This document shows positions 7,977 through 15,642 of a stretch of DNA of 24,834 nt, piece after piece. The translations under genes were made by a program, and so were the position numbers. The stretch's first letter is position 1; each line of letters starts with the position of its first letter. The notes beneath the pieces were generated by a model. The model was not told the DNA's origin, did no database searches, and worked only from the letters and a program-made list of their open reading frames with translations. The stretch is taken from the IMG/VR virus record IMGVR_UViG_3300032331_003338, one strand, 5' to 3'. Source of the stretch: an uncultured virus (IMG/VR IMGVR_UViG_3300032331_003338). Its lineage: Duplodnaviria; Heunggongvirae; Uroviricota; Caudoviricetes.

Positions 7977-8366
7977 ATGTTTAGGTTCTATGTATTCGTG
8001 AGGCGCGTGGTCGATGGGATCGAGGACGCCGTAGGCGACACGCTGACCGCTGCCGGCCCTGACTGGGCGTACGACAAGACTGAGGCTGTCGCTACCGACG
8101 GCGGCTATCCTGAGCCGATGGCTCACTCGGTCGCTCGTGGTATGACCCAGGCTGCGTATGCGCTGCTCGGTGGTCTGGACTTCTTTGTCCAAGAGTACGA
8201 CGCGGAGGATGTCGTGGCAGGGTCGCTGACCCCAGAGGATAAGGAGATGGCGGCGGCTATCGCTATGGGCCTCCTCCCTTCTGACGGCTCGGTAGCCTTC
8301 GTCTCTGGTCTGGTCAATCGAGCAGACGCCAAGCCCTTCTGGTTCGTGGTCGCCGTTCACGACTAG
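7977..8366 (+). CDS. Hypothetical protein
   Basis: GCACAGGAGG RBS; followed by a terminator. Confidence 0.75.
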   Translation: MFRFYVFVRRVVDGIEDAVGDTLTAAGPDWAYDKTEAVATDGGYPEPMAHSVARGMTQAAYALLGGLDFFVQEYDAEDVVAGSLTPEDKEMAAAIAMGLLPSDGSVAFVSGLVNRADAKPFWFVVAVHD

Positions 8367-8388
8367 CCGTACCGGTTGCGGTCATCAG

Positions 8389-8425
8389 AGCCGCCCTCAC
8401 CCTTCGGGGTGGGGGTGGTTTTTTT
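8389..8425 (+). terminator. Intrinsic terminator (cUUCGg loop)
   Basis: GCCGCCCTCACC-CTTCGG-GGTGGGGGTGGT then T tract. Confidence 0.85.
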
Positions 8426-8537
8426 CTTGGGCTATTATCAGGTGGCTATTACGACACCCCTACGACCCCATACCCCACTCCCCCTTACCCCTGCTGCTGT
8501 GGCTCGGCTGTTCCAGCGTCCAGCTCGACTGCTGCTA

Positions 8538-8567
8538 TTGACTTGACCGCGCCCGGCCGTATAGACT
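8538..8567 (+). promoter_or_regulatory. Sigma70-type promoter
   Basis: TTGACT-18-TAGACT. Confidence 0.65.
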
Positions 8568-8618
8568 CATGGAAGTCGAGGGAGTAGGCACAGACCCCTC
8601 TCGGCACAGGAGGTCAAG

Positions 8619-8933
8619 ATGACCGAGCAACAGAAGGCGAGCCTCTGGCTCGTTGAGGTGATTTGGGAGGGCGAGAATCGCCGCTCTTGGTACAACAACC
8701 AGACCGACGCTGACGCGGCGGTGATTGCGCTGGCTTCGGAGTTGGCGGCGTACAATGCCGACACCGCCGAGGACGCATGCGAGTTTCTGCTGGACGACGA
8801 CCGCTCGGCGTGGGTTGATTGCCAAGAGGTCAGGACTTCTGGGGTTTGCCCTCAGTGCGACGCGATGGCTGGGTGGTCTGGCGACTACTGCGAGCCGTGC
8901 GGCTACCAGTTCGGGAATCAACTGAACGACTAA
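8619..8933 (+). CDS. Hypothetical protein with C-terminal zinc ribbon
   Basis: GCACAGGAGG RBS; CPQC...CEPCG. Confidence 0.75.
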   Translation: MTEQQKASLWLVEVIWEGENRRSWYNNQTDADAAVIALASELAAYNADTAEDACEFLLDDDRSAWVDCQEVRTSGVCPQCDAMAGWSGDYCEPCGYQFGNQLND

Positions 8934-8954
8934 CGCGGCCGGGCGAAGGCAACA

Positions 8955-8985
8955 GGAAGCCGTCCCCTTCGGGGGGCGGTTTTTT
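8955..8985 (+). terminator. Intrinsic terminator (cUUCGg loop)
   Basis: GCCGTCCC-CTTCGG-GGGGCGGT then T tract. Confidence 0.85.
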
Positions 8986-9224
8986 GTTAGTCCTATTAGG
9001 TGGAATCATTACCCCTTGACCCCATTACCCCGCACCCCCCTTCACCCCATCATTTCGGTCGGGTTCCGCTACGGCCGGTCGGAGTCAATAGTCGCAGCTC
9101 ATCATTAGCAGTCATCATCATCAGTCATTATCATCAGGCTATTAGACAACCCCTCACCCCAGATTTGGATTTCCCCTTACCCCATCTGGTCGTTGCGTCT
9201 GGTGCGCGATCTGCTGGGTGGGGC

Positions 9225-9253
9225 TTGACGTTGCCCGCACTTCGAACTAGTCT
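9225..9253 (+). promoter_or_regulatory. Sigma70-type promoter
   Basis: GGGGC-TTGACG-17-TAGTCT. Confidence 0.75.
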
Positions 9254-9300
9254 GGTGAGGTCGCAGGTTGGCACAGACCCGAAGCGACACAGGAGGTCAA

Positions 9301-9795
9301 ATGTTCTCAGAAACGAACCTAGAACGGCTCGTTGAGGTACGGGCAGCGATCAAGGCGACGATGGACTCCCTCACCGAGAAGGAGTTCGCCACAGCAGCAG
9401 AGGGCAACACAGACGCCGGGGGCTCTGGTCATCTTGTCGCCGTCCCTGCTGCGTTCTGGAACGACCACACCAGCCGAGACCTTGACGCGGTGTCGGTCGA
9501 GGTGCGGTCATCAAGCGCGGAGTGGGGACTCTATGATGACGGCTCCTATGTCGTCCTGACGATGACTGACGACTCGCTGGCTGAGTTGATGTCTGACTCG
9601 GCGCACTACTCCTCGTCGTTTGATGAGGAGGACTACGGCTCACTCATGGAGTCGGCACGCCGTACCTTCCTCGCGCTCTTGATCCAGTCGGAGGCGGCGC
9701 GTAGCCTGTTGGACTCGCGCACTTCCTACGACAACCTGCGCTGGGCGCTGGGGTTGGAGCGAACGGGTTCCGCCATCATCACGGGTGCGGCATGA
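9301..9795 (+). CDS. Hypothetical protein
   Basis: ACACAGGAGG RBS, ATG 9301. Confidence 0.75.
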   Translation: MFSETNLERLVEVRAAIKATMDSLTEKEFATAAEGNTDAGGSGHLVAVPAAFWNDHTSRDLDAVSVEVRSSSAEWGLYDDGSYVVLTMTDDSLAELMSDSAHYSSSFDEEDYGSLMESARRTFLALLIQSEAARSLLDSRTSYDNLRWALGLERTGSAIITGAA

Positions 9796-10025
9796 CTGCC
9801 GCTGACCGCGCTTCGATGTGCGCCGATTGCGAGCAGGTGCTAGGCGACTCGGCATGGTACGCCGACAACAACGGCGGACTCGGGCTGCTGATGTATTGCG
9901 ACGGCTGCGAGGAGCGAAGGGCTGAACGCTATGGTTGCGCTCTCATCATCGCGGAGGGTTGCGGTTGCGTTCCGAGTGGCGCTGACTGCGCCTGTGGTTG
10001 CGGAGGCTCTGGCTTGCTTCGTTGA
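9792..10025 (+). CDS. Cys-rich small protein
   Basis: ATGA coupling; CADC, CDGC, CGC..CACGC. Confidence 0.65.
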   Translation: MTAADRASMCADCEQVLGDSAWYADNNGGLGLLMYCDGCEERRAERYGCALIIAEGCGCVPSGADCACGCGGSGLLR

Positions 10026-10044
10026 CCGCACTTCGACCTAAGGC

Positions 10045-10080
10045 TCGCCCTCACTCTTTCGGGAGTGGGGGCGATTCTTT
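10045..10080 (+). terminator. Intrinsic terminator
   Basis: TCGCCCTCACTC-TTTCGG-GAGTGGGGGCGA-TTCTTT. Confidence 0.8.
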
Positions 10081-10414
10081 ACCCCGGGGTTTAGGTAGGG
10101 CCATCATCAGGCAACGCCTACCCCGACCCCCTACCCCATTCGTCAGGCTTGTTTATCAGGTCGTTCATCAGGGGTGTGCTGATACCCCCTCACCCCAGTT
10201 CGTCGCTCTCCGTCGTTCCTACGGGGTCGTTTTTCTGGCGCGCAGCTGCTAACCCCGGGGTTCACGCTCACTCAGGAATGATCGAGCCACAGTCATCAGT
10301 CGTCATTCATCAGTCATCATTCATGACCTACTCCATACCCCTATCCCCATTTCCCCTTACCCCGTGCGCTCGGACTGCTAGGTCGATGTACGGGCAGCAG
10401 CTCGCAACAGCACC

Positions 10415-10443
10415 TTGACTTCTGGTGCGGCCTACTTTACTCT
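10415..10443 (+). promoter_or_regulatory. Sigma70-type promoter
   Basis: TTGACT-17-TACTCT. Confidence 0.7.
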
Positions 10444-10490
10444 CTAAGAGTCGGTGGCTGGCACAGACCCGATCCGACATGGAGGTACAG

Positions 10491-10571
10491 ATGGAAATGG
10501 TAAAGGACTCACTAGCGATGGCGACGTTCCTATTCGGGATGCTGCTGCTCCTCATCTGGGGTGGCTTCTAA
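10491..10571 (+). CDS. 26-aa hydrophobic micro-protein (not in ORF track)
   Basis: GGAGG-5-ATG; MEMVKDSLAMATFLFGMLLLLIWGGF; TAATG overlap with next gene. Confidence 0.6.
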   Translation: MEMVKDSLAMATFLFGMLLLLIWGGF

Positions 10572-10774
10572 TGTACGGCCGCTACGAGTGCAGCAACCAG
10601 AGAACCATCAAGGACGAAGCCGGCTTCTCGGTCTATTCTGGCCAGTGCATCAACGAAACAGAGAGGGTCTATGCGTACTACGAGTACGACGGATCTGATG
10701 GCGTGAAGCCACTCTGTGATCCTTGTGCGCTAGAACTGATGGCTGAGGGCGAGCGACTCGTTCCTGCTAACTAG
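10571..10774 (+). CDS. Small Cys-containing hypothetical protein
   Basis: ATG in TAATG overlap, in frame with ORF 10454..10774; CDPC. Confidence 0.65.
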   Translation: MYGRYECSNQRTIKDEAGFSVYSGQCINETERVYAYYEYDGSDGVKPLCDPCALELMAEGERLVPAN

Positions 10775-10802
10775 CCCACTCCTGCCGCAGCTGCGGCGCT
10801 AC

Positions 10803-10843
10803 GACCCCCTCTACCAACTGTGCGGTAGGGGGGGTCTTTCTTT
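10803..10843 (+). terminator. Intrinsic terminator with AACTGTGC loop
   Basis: GACCCCCTCTACC-AACTGTGC-GGTAGGGGGGGTC-TTTCTTT. Confidence 0.8.
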
Positions 10844-10984
10844 GTCGGCCTCATTATTGTTAGGTCAGTCATTACTCATTAGGTGATCCCCTATACCCCT
10901 CGTCCCCTTACCCCGACTGCTAGGGCTAGTGCTGATGGGGGCTGTCTAGCGGCGAGCTTTCGCGTTGCGCCTGGTGCGTAGTGC

Positions 10985-11013
10985 TTGCGCTTTCCTGCTG
11001 ATGTGTTTAGACT
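10985..11013 (+). promoter_or_regulatory. Sigma70-type promoter
   Basis: TTGCGC-17-TAGACT; leader hairpin CTATCAGCG..CGCTGATAG follows. Confidence 0.6.
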
Positions 11014-11058
11014 CTAACTATCAGCGGCAATGCTTCGCTGATAGCACAGGAGGGAACG

Positions 11059-11574
11059 ATGAACGGAACGAGCGAAACCGGCGTACGGGCAGCAGTCGCA
11101 CGAGCCGAGGCGTTGGCTCAGTATCCAGAGAACCCAACGGCGGTGATGATCCGACCCGTTGAGAGCCTACACGGGCAGGTGTTCGCAGAGCCGACGAGCA
11201 TTATGCTCTCGGTCTTTCTTGCGCCTCGCGTTGGGATCGTATTGGAGCAGGGCGACCTCTGGCGGCAGCCCGTCAAGGTTGAGAGCCGAGTCGGCAATGG
11301 TGGCACCTTCACCTATACGGCGGTGCTGATCGGTAAGGCGGCACCCCAGAACGAGGCGATCCTCTGGCAGGGTGGCAACGCCCCGATGATGGGGTGGCTA
11401 CCCCTTGATGTAGCCGAGTGGGGCGAGGATCACGCTATCGCGTGGTGGATCGCGTCCTGCTACGACGCTGCTAGTGGGGACGCCTATGCGCTCCACCGTC
11501 AGGCAGTCCGCAACATTACGGCACAGGCGCGTGCCGCCTACGAGACCCAGAACGGAGAACCCGCTCCCTTCTGA
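11059..11574 (+). CDS. Hypothetical protein
   Basis: GCACAGGAGG RBS; terminator downstream. Confidence 0.75.
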   Translation: MNGTSETGVRAAVARAEALAQYPENPTAVMIRPVESLHGQVFAEPTSIMLSVFLAPRVGIVLEQGDLWRQPVKVESRVGNGGTFTYTAVLIGKAAPQNEAILWQGGNAPMMGWLPLDVAEWGEDHAIAWWIASCYDAASGDAYALHRQAVRNITAQARAAYETQNGEPAPF

Positions 11575-11597
11575 TCGTCGCCGGAGTCAGGGCAACG

Positions 11598-11630
11598 GAG
11601 CCGATCCCTTCGGGGGTCGGCTCTTTTGTT
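11598..11630 (+). terminator. Intrinsic terminator (cUUCGg loop)
   Basis: GAGCCGATCC-CTTCGG-GGGTCGGCTC-TTTT. Confidence 0.85.
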
Positions 11631-11979
11631 AGGTCATCATCAGTTCATCATCAGGAGCCAGTCGTTCCCCTTACCCCTTACCCCTAGCCGTTGGTCGCTC
11701 CCATCGAGCCTCGGTCAATGCGCGGCGAGTCCTCCCGATGTGGTCAGCGCCGGAGCGGGGTCAATAGATTCACCTAGTAGCTATCATCGGGCAACCTATT
11801 AGGTCAGTCATCAGTATCAGTTATCAGGCGCACCCCTTACCCCCCCCTTACCCCGCACGCATAGGGCGAGTCCGGCGCAGGGGCAACCCGCACCGCCTAC
11901 CCCTTGCGCTGCCCTGTGTTGTGGTAGTCTTAGGGTGTCGGCAGGAGATACCAGCCGACTAGCACAGAGGAGGCACAGG

Positions 11980-12432
11980 ATGAAGGCAGGGATGACCTTC
12001 GCAGCCGCTAGGGCGGCAGCAGCAAAGAGCGGCGGGATGTTCGTCTCGCTTACTGGGTGGAGCGCGCCGACCTCGGAGAAAGTCCGGGAGAAGCGACGCG
12101 AAGCGGCAGCAGGGCGAGCCGCCGAACACCGCGCCATCGGGCGCGTGAAGGTGGAAGCCGAAGCCGAGAACGGCGTGGTGCTGTTCCGCGTAGCGGGTCA
12201 AGTGAACCGCGACGAACACCCTGAGGGCGTGTACCTCAACAAGAAGGGCGAGCCTTGCGTTGGTATCGTCATCGGAGCGCCGACCGAGTACGGCTACACA
12301 ACCGCGTGCCCATACGCAGGGAAGGAAGGGAGCGCATGCGAAATGCGCCGACCCTTCCACGCGCACCGCACCATCAACCTCACGCGCTTGGTGGCGTGGG
12401 TGATTGCGGGGGAGGAGCAGCCGCTCGGCTGA
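11980..12432 (+). CDS. Hypothetical protein, paralog B of 7150..7611
   Basis: GCACAGAGGAGG RBS; upstream extended -10 TG-G-TAGTCT at 11922-11930. Confidence 0.85.
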   Translation: MKAGMTFAAARAAAAKSGGMFVSLTGWSAPTSEKVREKRREAAAGRAAEHRAIGRVKVEAEAENGVVLFRVAGQVNRDEHPEGVYLNKKGEPCVGIVIGAPTEYGYTTACPYAGKEGSACEMRRPFHAHRTINLTRLVAWVIAGEEQPLG

Positions 12433-12448
12433 ACCGCGCCAGAGTTCT

Positions 12449-12489
12449 GAGGAGCCTCCGCCCTAGTGGCGGGGGCTTCTCTCTTTTCT
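12449..12489 (+). terminator. Intrinsic terminator
   Basis: GAGGAGCCTCCGCC..GGCGGGGGCTTCTC followed by TCTTTT. Confidence 0.75.
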
Positions 12490-12715
12490 GAGCTGGACGA
12501 GTGGCATACCAGAGGTTGCCCACCCATCGATTTTGCTGGCCAGTCATGCCCCCCTGCTATGCCCCAACCCCTCATAATCCCCCGTTGCCCCCACCCCGGT
12601 ATGCGTGCGCTACGTACGCACCAACATTGCACCACTCCGTAGCCTTTCAACCCCCTTCGTCCCAATAAAAAAGCCTAGGCACAAGGCCCAGGCGCTAATT
12701 TTTTTTTACAGAAAA

Positions 12716-13114
12716 TTATCTACAGGCGAGCGAGATCCTTCGGCATGCCCTGCACTCTCTCCGGCCCCGTGGAGTCCGGTAGGTGTTCTCGTCCGTCCAC
12801 TCATGCTTCCTTCTGCAGTGTGTGATACGTCCAGTAGCTGCAAGACCACGGCGGATATTGACCGTGCGCGTCACAGGCTCCAGGTGTATCACATTGACGC
12901 ACTTACGGACCCTACAGAGGTGGTCAATCTCCAGGCCCTTGGGGATAGGCCCGACCTCAAAGGTATACGCCCACCTGTGTGCACGGAATCGCTTCCCTTC
13001 GTGCATGAATCCACCGTATCCGTCTGGGTCAAGAGTACCGGTCCATTCATGGCAGCCCGTGAGGTCATTCACATACACATGTTTTCGGAAACGTATCGCC
13101 GATTCTAAATGCAT
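12716..13114 (-). CDS. HNH endonuclease (HNH_3-like) with C-terminal Zn-binding domain
   Basis: AHRWAY..GPIPKGLEIDHLCRVRKCVN..HLE; THC..KHE..ENTY..RECRAC. Confidence 0.9.
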   Translation of the reverse strand: MHLESAIRFRKHVYVNDLTGCHEWTGTLDPDGYGGFMHEGKRFRAHRWAYTFEVGPIPKGLEIDHLCRVRKCVNVIHLEPVTRTVNIRRGLAATGRITHCRRKHEWTDENTYRTPRGRRECRACRRISLACR

Positions 13115-13229
13115 ATCTACGATGTGTACACGGAATGCACGTTTATCTGGGGCCCGGCCGCGGCGCTAGACCCCCCCAATATGCCCCTAGGAGCCACGGA
13201 GAGCGACGCAATATGGGGGGCTACTGTCA

Positions 13230-13541
13230 TTACGCCCCGATACGTCGAATCATGTCCTCTGCCGTGATAAATCCATTGAAGGATTTTGGCGAGGAGGTTG
13301 CCCCATTGGTGTAGATAACACAGGGGACGCTCTTGATACCGTACTCTTGAACAAGGCGTGGTTGCTCGTCAACGTTGACCTTAATAATATTAATGTTAGG
13401 ACGAATCACCTTGAGCTTTTCCAGCTCTACATTGATGGCGACGCACGGTCGGCACCATGGAGCCCAGAAATCAACAATGGTTGGTCCCTTTGCCATCTCT
13501 TGCGTGAGGGTTGCTGTCGTCATTTCAATTACTTGTGTCAT
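13230..13541 (-). CDS. trxA: Thioredoxin
   Basis: DFWAPWCRPC active site, KVNVDE, IKSVP; start ATG 13541 after AAGGAG. Confidence 0.9.
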   Translation of the reverse strand: MTQVIEMTTATLTQEMAKGPTIVDFWAPWCRPCVAINVELEKLKVIRPNINIIKVNVDEQPRLVQEYGIKSVPCVIYTNGATSSPKSFNGFITAEDMIRRIGA

Positions 13542-13676
13542 GCGGGTCTCCTTAGGGATGGCAAGAGGGGGCTGGATCGCTCCAACCCCCTCAGGATTGA
13601 TTGGTGGTTCCTCAACCCGACAGAGACAAGAATCTTTTAAAAACTGTGACATTTCGGAATGAGGCCGTTTATCCTA

Positions 13677-13898
13677 TCAATTAACGTTGCGGGATGCAAT
13701 ACCACGACGAGAGCGCAACGATGTTATATCGTCCACCGGATCACCAATTTTCTCCGCAATCTTCGCCATCGTGTTAACAAGTTCGGAAATCACTGGCAAA
13801 ACCTTTCGCAGTAGCTTTTCACGGTCCACACCGGAATCCATCGTCTGTAGCTTCTGTAGATCTTCTGCAATCTCCTGCAAATCATAATTCTTTGGCAT
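13677..13898 (-). CDS. Hypothetical protein
   Basis: Coupled to the ssb stop; 73 aa, helical. Confidence 0.65.
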   Translation of the reverse strand: MPKNYDLQEIAEDLQKLQTMDSGVDREKLLRKVLPVISELVNTMAKIAEKIGDPVDDITSLRSRRGIASRNVN

Positions 13899-14290
13899 TA
13901 GAACGGAAGCTCTTCAAGCGACTGCTGCATATCTGCACGAGAGGAGCTTGCCTGCACCTCTGAATCACCCTGCTTCTTCGAGCGGCTCAGCACCTGAATG
14001 TACTTTGCTGTGATGGAGATTTCGGTATGCTCCACGTCGTTCTTATCGCTCCACGAGCTGATTTCTGGTGTGCCTTCAATCCAGATAAGGTCACCCTTCT
14101 GGACAATCTTATCGGCTAGCTCGGCTCGTCCGTCCCAACACGTGACCGGATACCACGTCGACTTCTCTTCACCATTTGCATCTTTTCCGCCATGAACGGC
14201 GACATTGAAGTTTGCTACTGGTCGGCCCTTCTGCGTTGCGCGAACAACTGGGCGAGCACCTACATATCCTATCAACTGTACCTTAATCAT
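13898..14290 (-). CDS. ssb: Single-stranded DNA-binding protein
   Basis: OB-fold pattern (LIGYVGARP, F.VAV, W, KGD.I.IEG), acidic C-terminal ELPF. Confidence 0.93.
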   Translation of the reverse strand: MIKVQLIGYVGARPVVRATQKGRPVANFNVAVHGGKDANGEEKSTWYPVTCWDGRAELADKIVQKGDLIWIEGTPEISSWSDKNDVEHTEISITAKYIQVLSRSKKQGDSEVQASSSRADMQQSLEELPF

Positions 14291-14657
14291 CTTCTACTAC
14301 CTCACTAATTCTAAGTACGAGTTTTTCTTCGTCGCACTTCTTCTTCAGGGCCCACACACGCGGCATGAACCGTGCATCATTAACTCCGATACCCAACGCA
14401 ATCGCGTCAAGTGTCAGTTTTAGAATGTTGTCTGCATCGATGCCACGCTTCACGTAGATCCACACATCAACGACGAGCATTGTATCACGACCGCACTCCC
14501 ATTGTTGCTCCGCCTTTGCGGCTGAAGCGATAACGGAAACGATCTTCTTCCACTGCTTGGCATCTCGTGTCATGTAGATATACGATTTTCGTGCGCGATA
14601 CGCAGCATTCCAGCTTGGCGGACGACCGTGAATCGTCAGCTCAAGCGCATCGGCCAC
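14283..14657 (-). CDS. rusA: RusA-like Holliday junction resolvase
   Basis: PPSWN..Y; DADNILKLTLDAI...NDA catalytic pattern. Confidence 0.85.
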   Translation of the reverse strand: MADALELTIHGRPPSWNAAYRARKSYIYMTRDAKQWKKIVSVIASAAKAEQQWECGRDTMLVVDVWIYVKRGIDADNILKLTLDAIALGIGVNDARFMPRVWALKKKCDEEKLVLRISEVVEDD

Positions 14658-15353
14658 TTATTTAGCCGACTTTCGCAATCCTGGACGTAAATCTTTCCCC
14701 GAAACCTCAACAACAGTGCACGTTTCCAGCAACCTGGAGACCGTCGCGCCGTATCCTAGGTCGTACAACTCGTTGACTGACCTATTTGATGTGACAATCG
14801 TTGGGAGCATGGCCGAATACCGGCTCTCAACGAGCACATAGAGGCGTTCAGTCGCCCAATCGGTAGCTTTCTCCTTGCCAAAATCGTCAAGGACTACTAG
14901 CGGAGCCCTTTTGCAGCTGTACTGAAAGTCATCTTGGGCCTCAGCATCATCAAATTTGAATGATGTGCGGATAGCGTCGAGAAAAATCGGTACATTGAAG
15001 AACTTTGCCCCTGCTAGGCCGCCCTGAATACGCTGATTCAGCGCAGCTGCGGCTAAATAGGTCTTCCCAGTGCCGGGAGTTCCCAGCAAAAAGAACCCCT
15101 GGTCCAGTAGTGGCTTGTCGGCCCACTCAAGAACGACTTTTCCAGCGCGTGATTCCCGAATATCAGGAAGCAACGACGCAAGCGAGGCGTTCTGGTAGCG
15201 AATCGGTACGCCCGACTGATTAATTCTCTGGTAGGCGACCTCTGGGGTCGGCACCGTTGAGACTCCCTTGACTTGGCCATTGGACATGATCGTCACAAAG
15301 TCCAAATCGGGGATGATTGACGAAACTTTCTCGAACTTACTACTTTTCGACAT
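14658..15353 (-). CDS. DnaC/IstB-like AAA+ helicase loader
   Basis: Walker A GTPGTGKT, Walker B VLDDFGKE, RY...PTIVTSN, SRL; exact start uncertain. Confidence 0.88.
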   Translation of the reverse strand: MSKSSKFEKVSSIIPDLDFVTIMSNGQVKGVSTVPTPEVAYQRINQSGVPIRYQNASLASLLPDIRESRAGKVVLEWADKPLLDQGFFLLGTPGTGKTYLAAAALNQRIQGGLAGAKFFNVPIFLDAIRTSFKFDDAEAQDDFQYSCKRAPLVVLDDFGKEKATDWATERLYVLVESRYSAMLPTIVTSNRSVNELYDLGYGATVSRLLETCTVVEVSGKDLRPGLRKSAK

Positions 15354-15642
15354 ACTGATCGTAGTCCTCCTTACGGCTGCTAACGTCATCTGACCACTTC
15401 CTTGTCATTGACAGCTTCTTCACATACGCAAACGGATCGCCGCTAACATCGCGGATCGCCGCTTCGCAAATTGCCGACATCAGTGCAGGGATTCCACCCG
15501 GAAATGATGCCATTAACTGCGCAATGCGCCCATAATCACTTCGCTTCATCTCTTTTCCTGTGACCTCCGTGAAGAAGTCACCGATCTTTCCTTGTCTATT
15601 GCTTGAGTGCTCAATTTCTACGCGCCACTGCGCTAGTGTCAT
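15340..15642 (-). CDS. DnaD-like replication protein (putative)
   Basis: ATG 15642 overlaps the upstream stop; AI.EAA...PFAYVKKL...KW resembles the DnaD YxxxILxxW motif; adjacent to DnaC. Confidence 0.5.
   Translation of the reverse strand: MTLAQWRVEIEHSSNRQGKIGDFFTEVTGKEMKRSDYGRIAQLMASFPGGIPALMSAICEAAIRDVSGDPFAYVKKLSMTRKWSDDVSSRKEDYDQYVEK

Larger units (their letters stand above)
6260..12597 (+). repeat. Dispersed degenerate inter-cassette spacer: (TCA/TTA/CTA) cluster followed by CCCC tracts
   Basis: Copies near 6260, 6960, 7688, 7783, 8430, 8990, 9098, 10100, 10291, 10850, 11630, 11780, 12541; weaker copy at 3320. Confidence 0.85.

Noticed and set aside
11667..11854. Eukaryotic telomeric repeat
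   Set aside because: Only 2-3 CCCCTTA-like units, internal and embedded in phage intergenic spacers. Treated as part of the spacer motif.
2596..11980. Long N-terminal extensions in the ORF track (2596, 6379, 7084, 9268, 10454, 11935)
   Set aside because: These starts fall in promoter or leader sequence. Downstream ATGs have strong SD motifs or translational coupling.
6260..12597. CRISPR array
   Set aside because: The repeats are degenerate, variable in length and separated by whole genes. The Cas4-like nuclease sits in a recombination module with no other cas genes.
5760..12600. Classical integron cassette array
   Set aside because: No consistent attC RYYYAAC/GTTRRRY palindromes were seen, units carry their own promoters, and no tyrosine integrase is in the window.
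603..12665. Minus-strand ORFs across the early region (e.g. 7093..7626, 11959..12366)
   Set aside because: They are antisense shadows of RBS-supported + genes in GC-rich DNA, without RBS or recognisable motifs.
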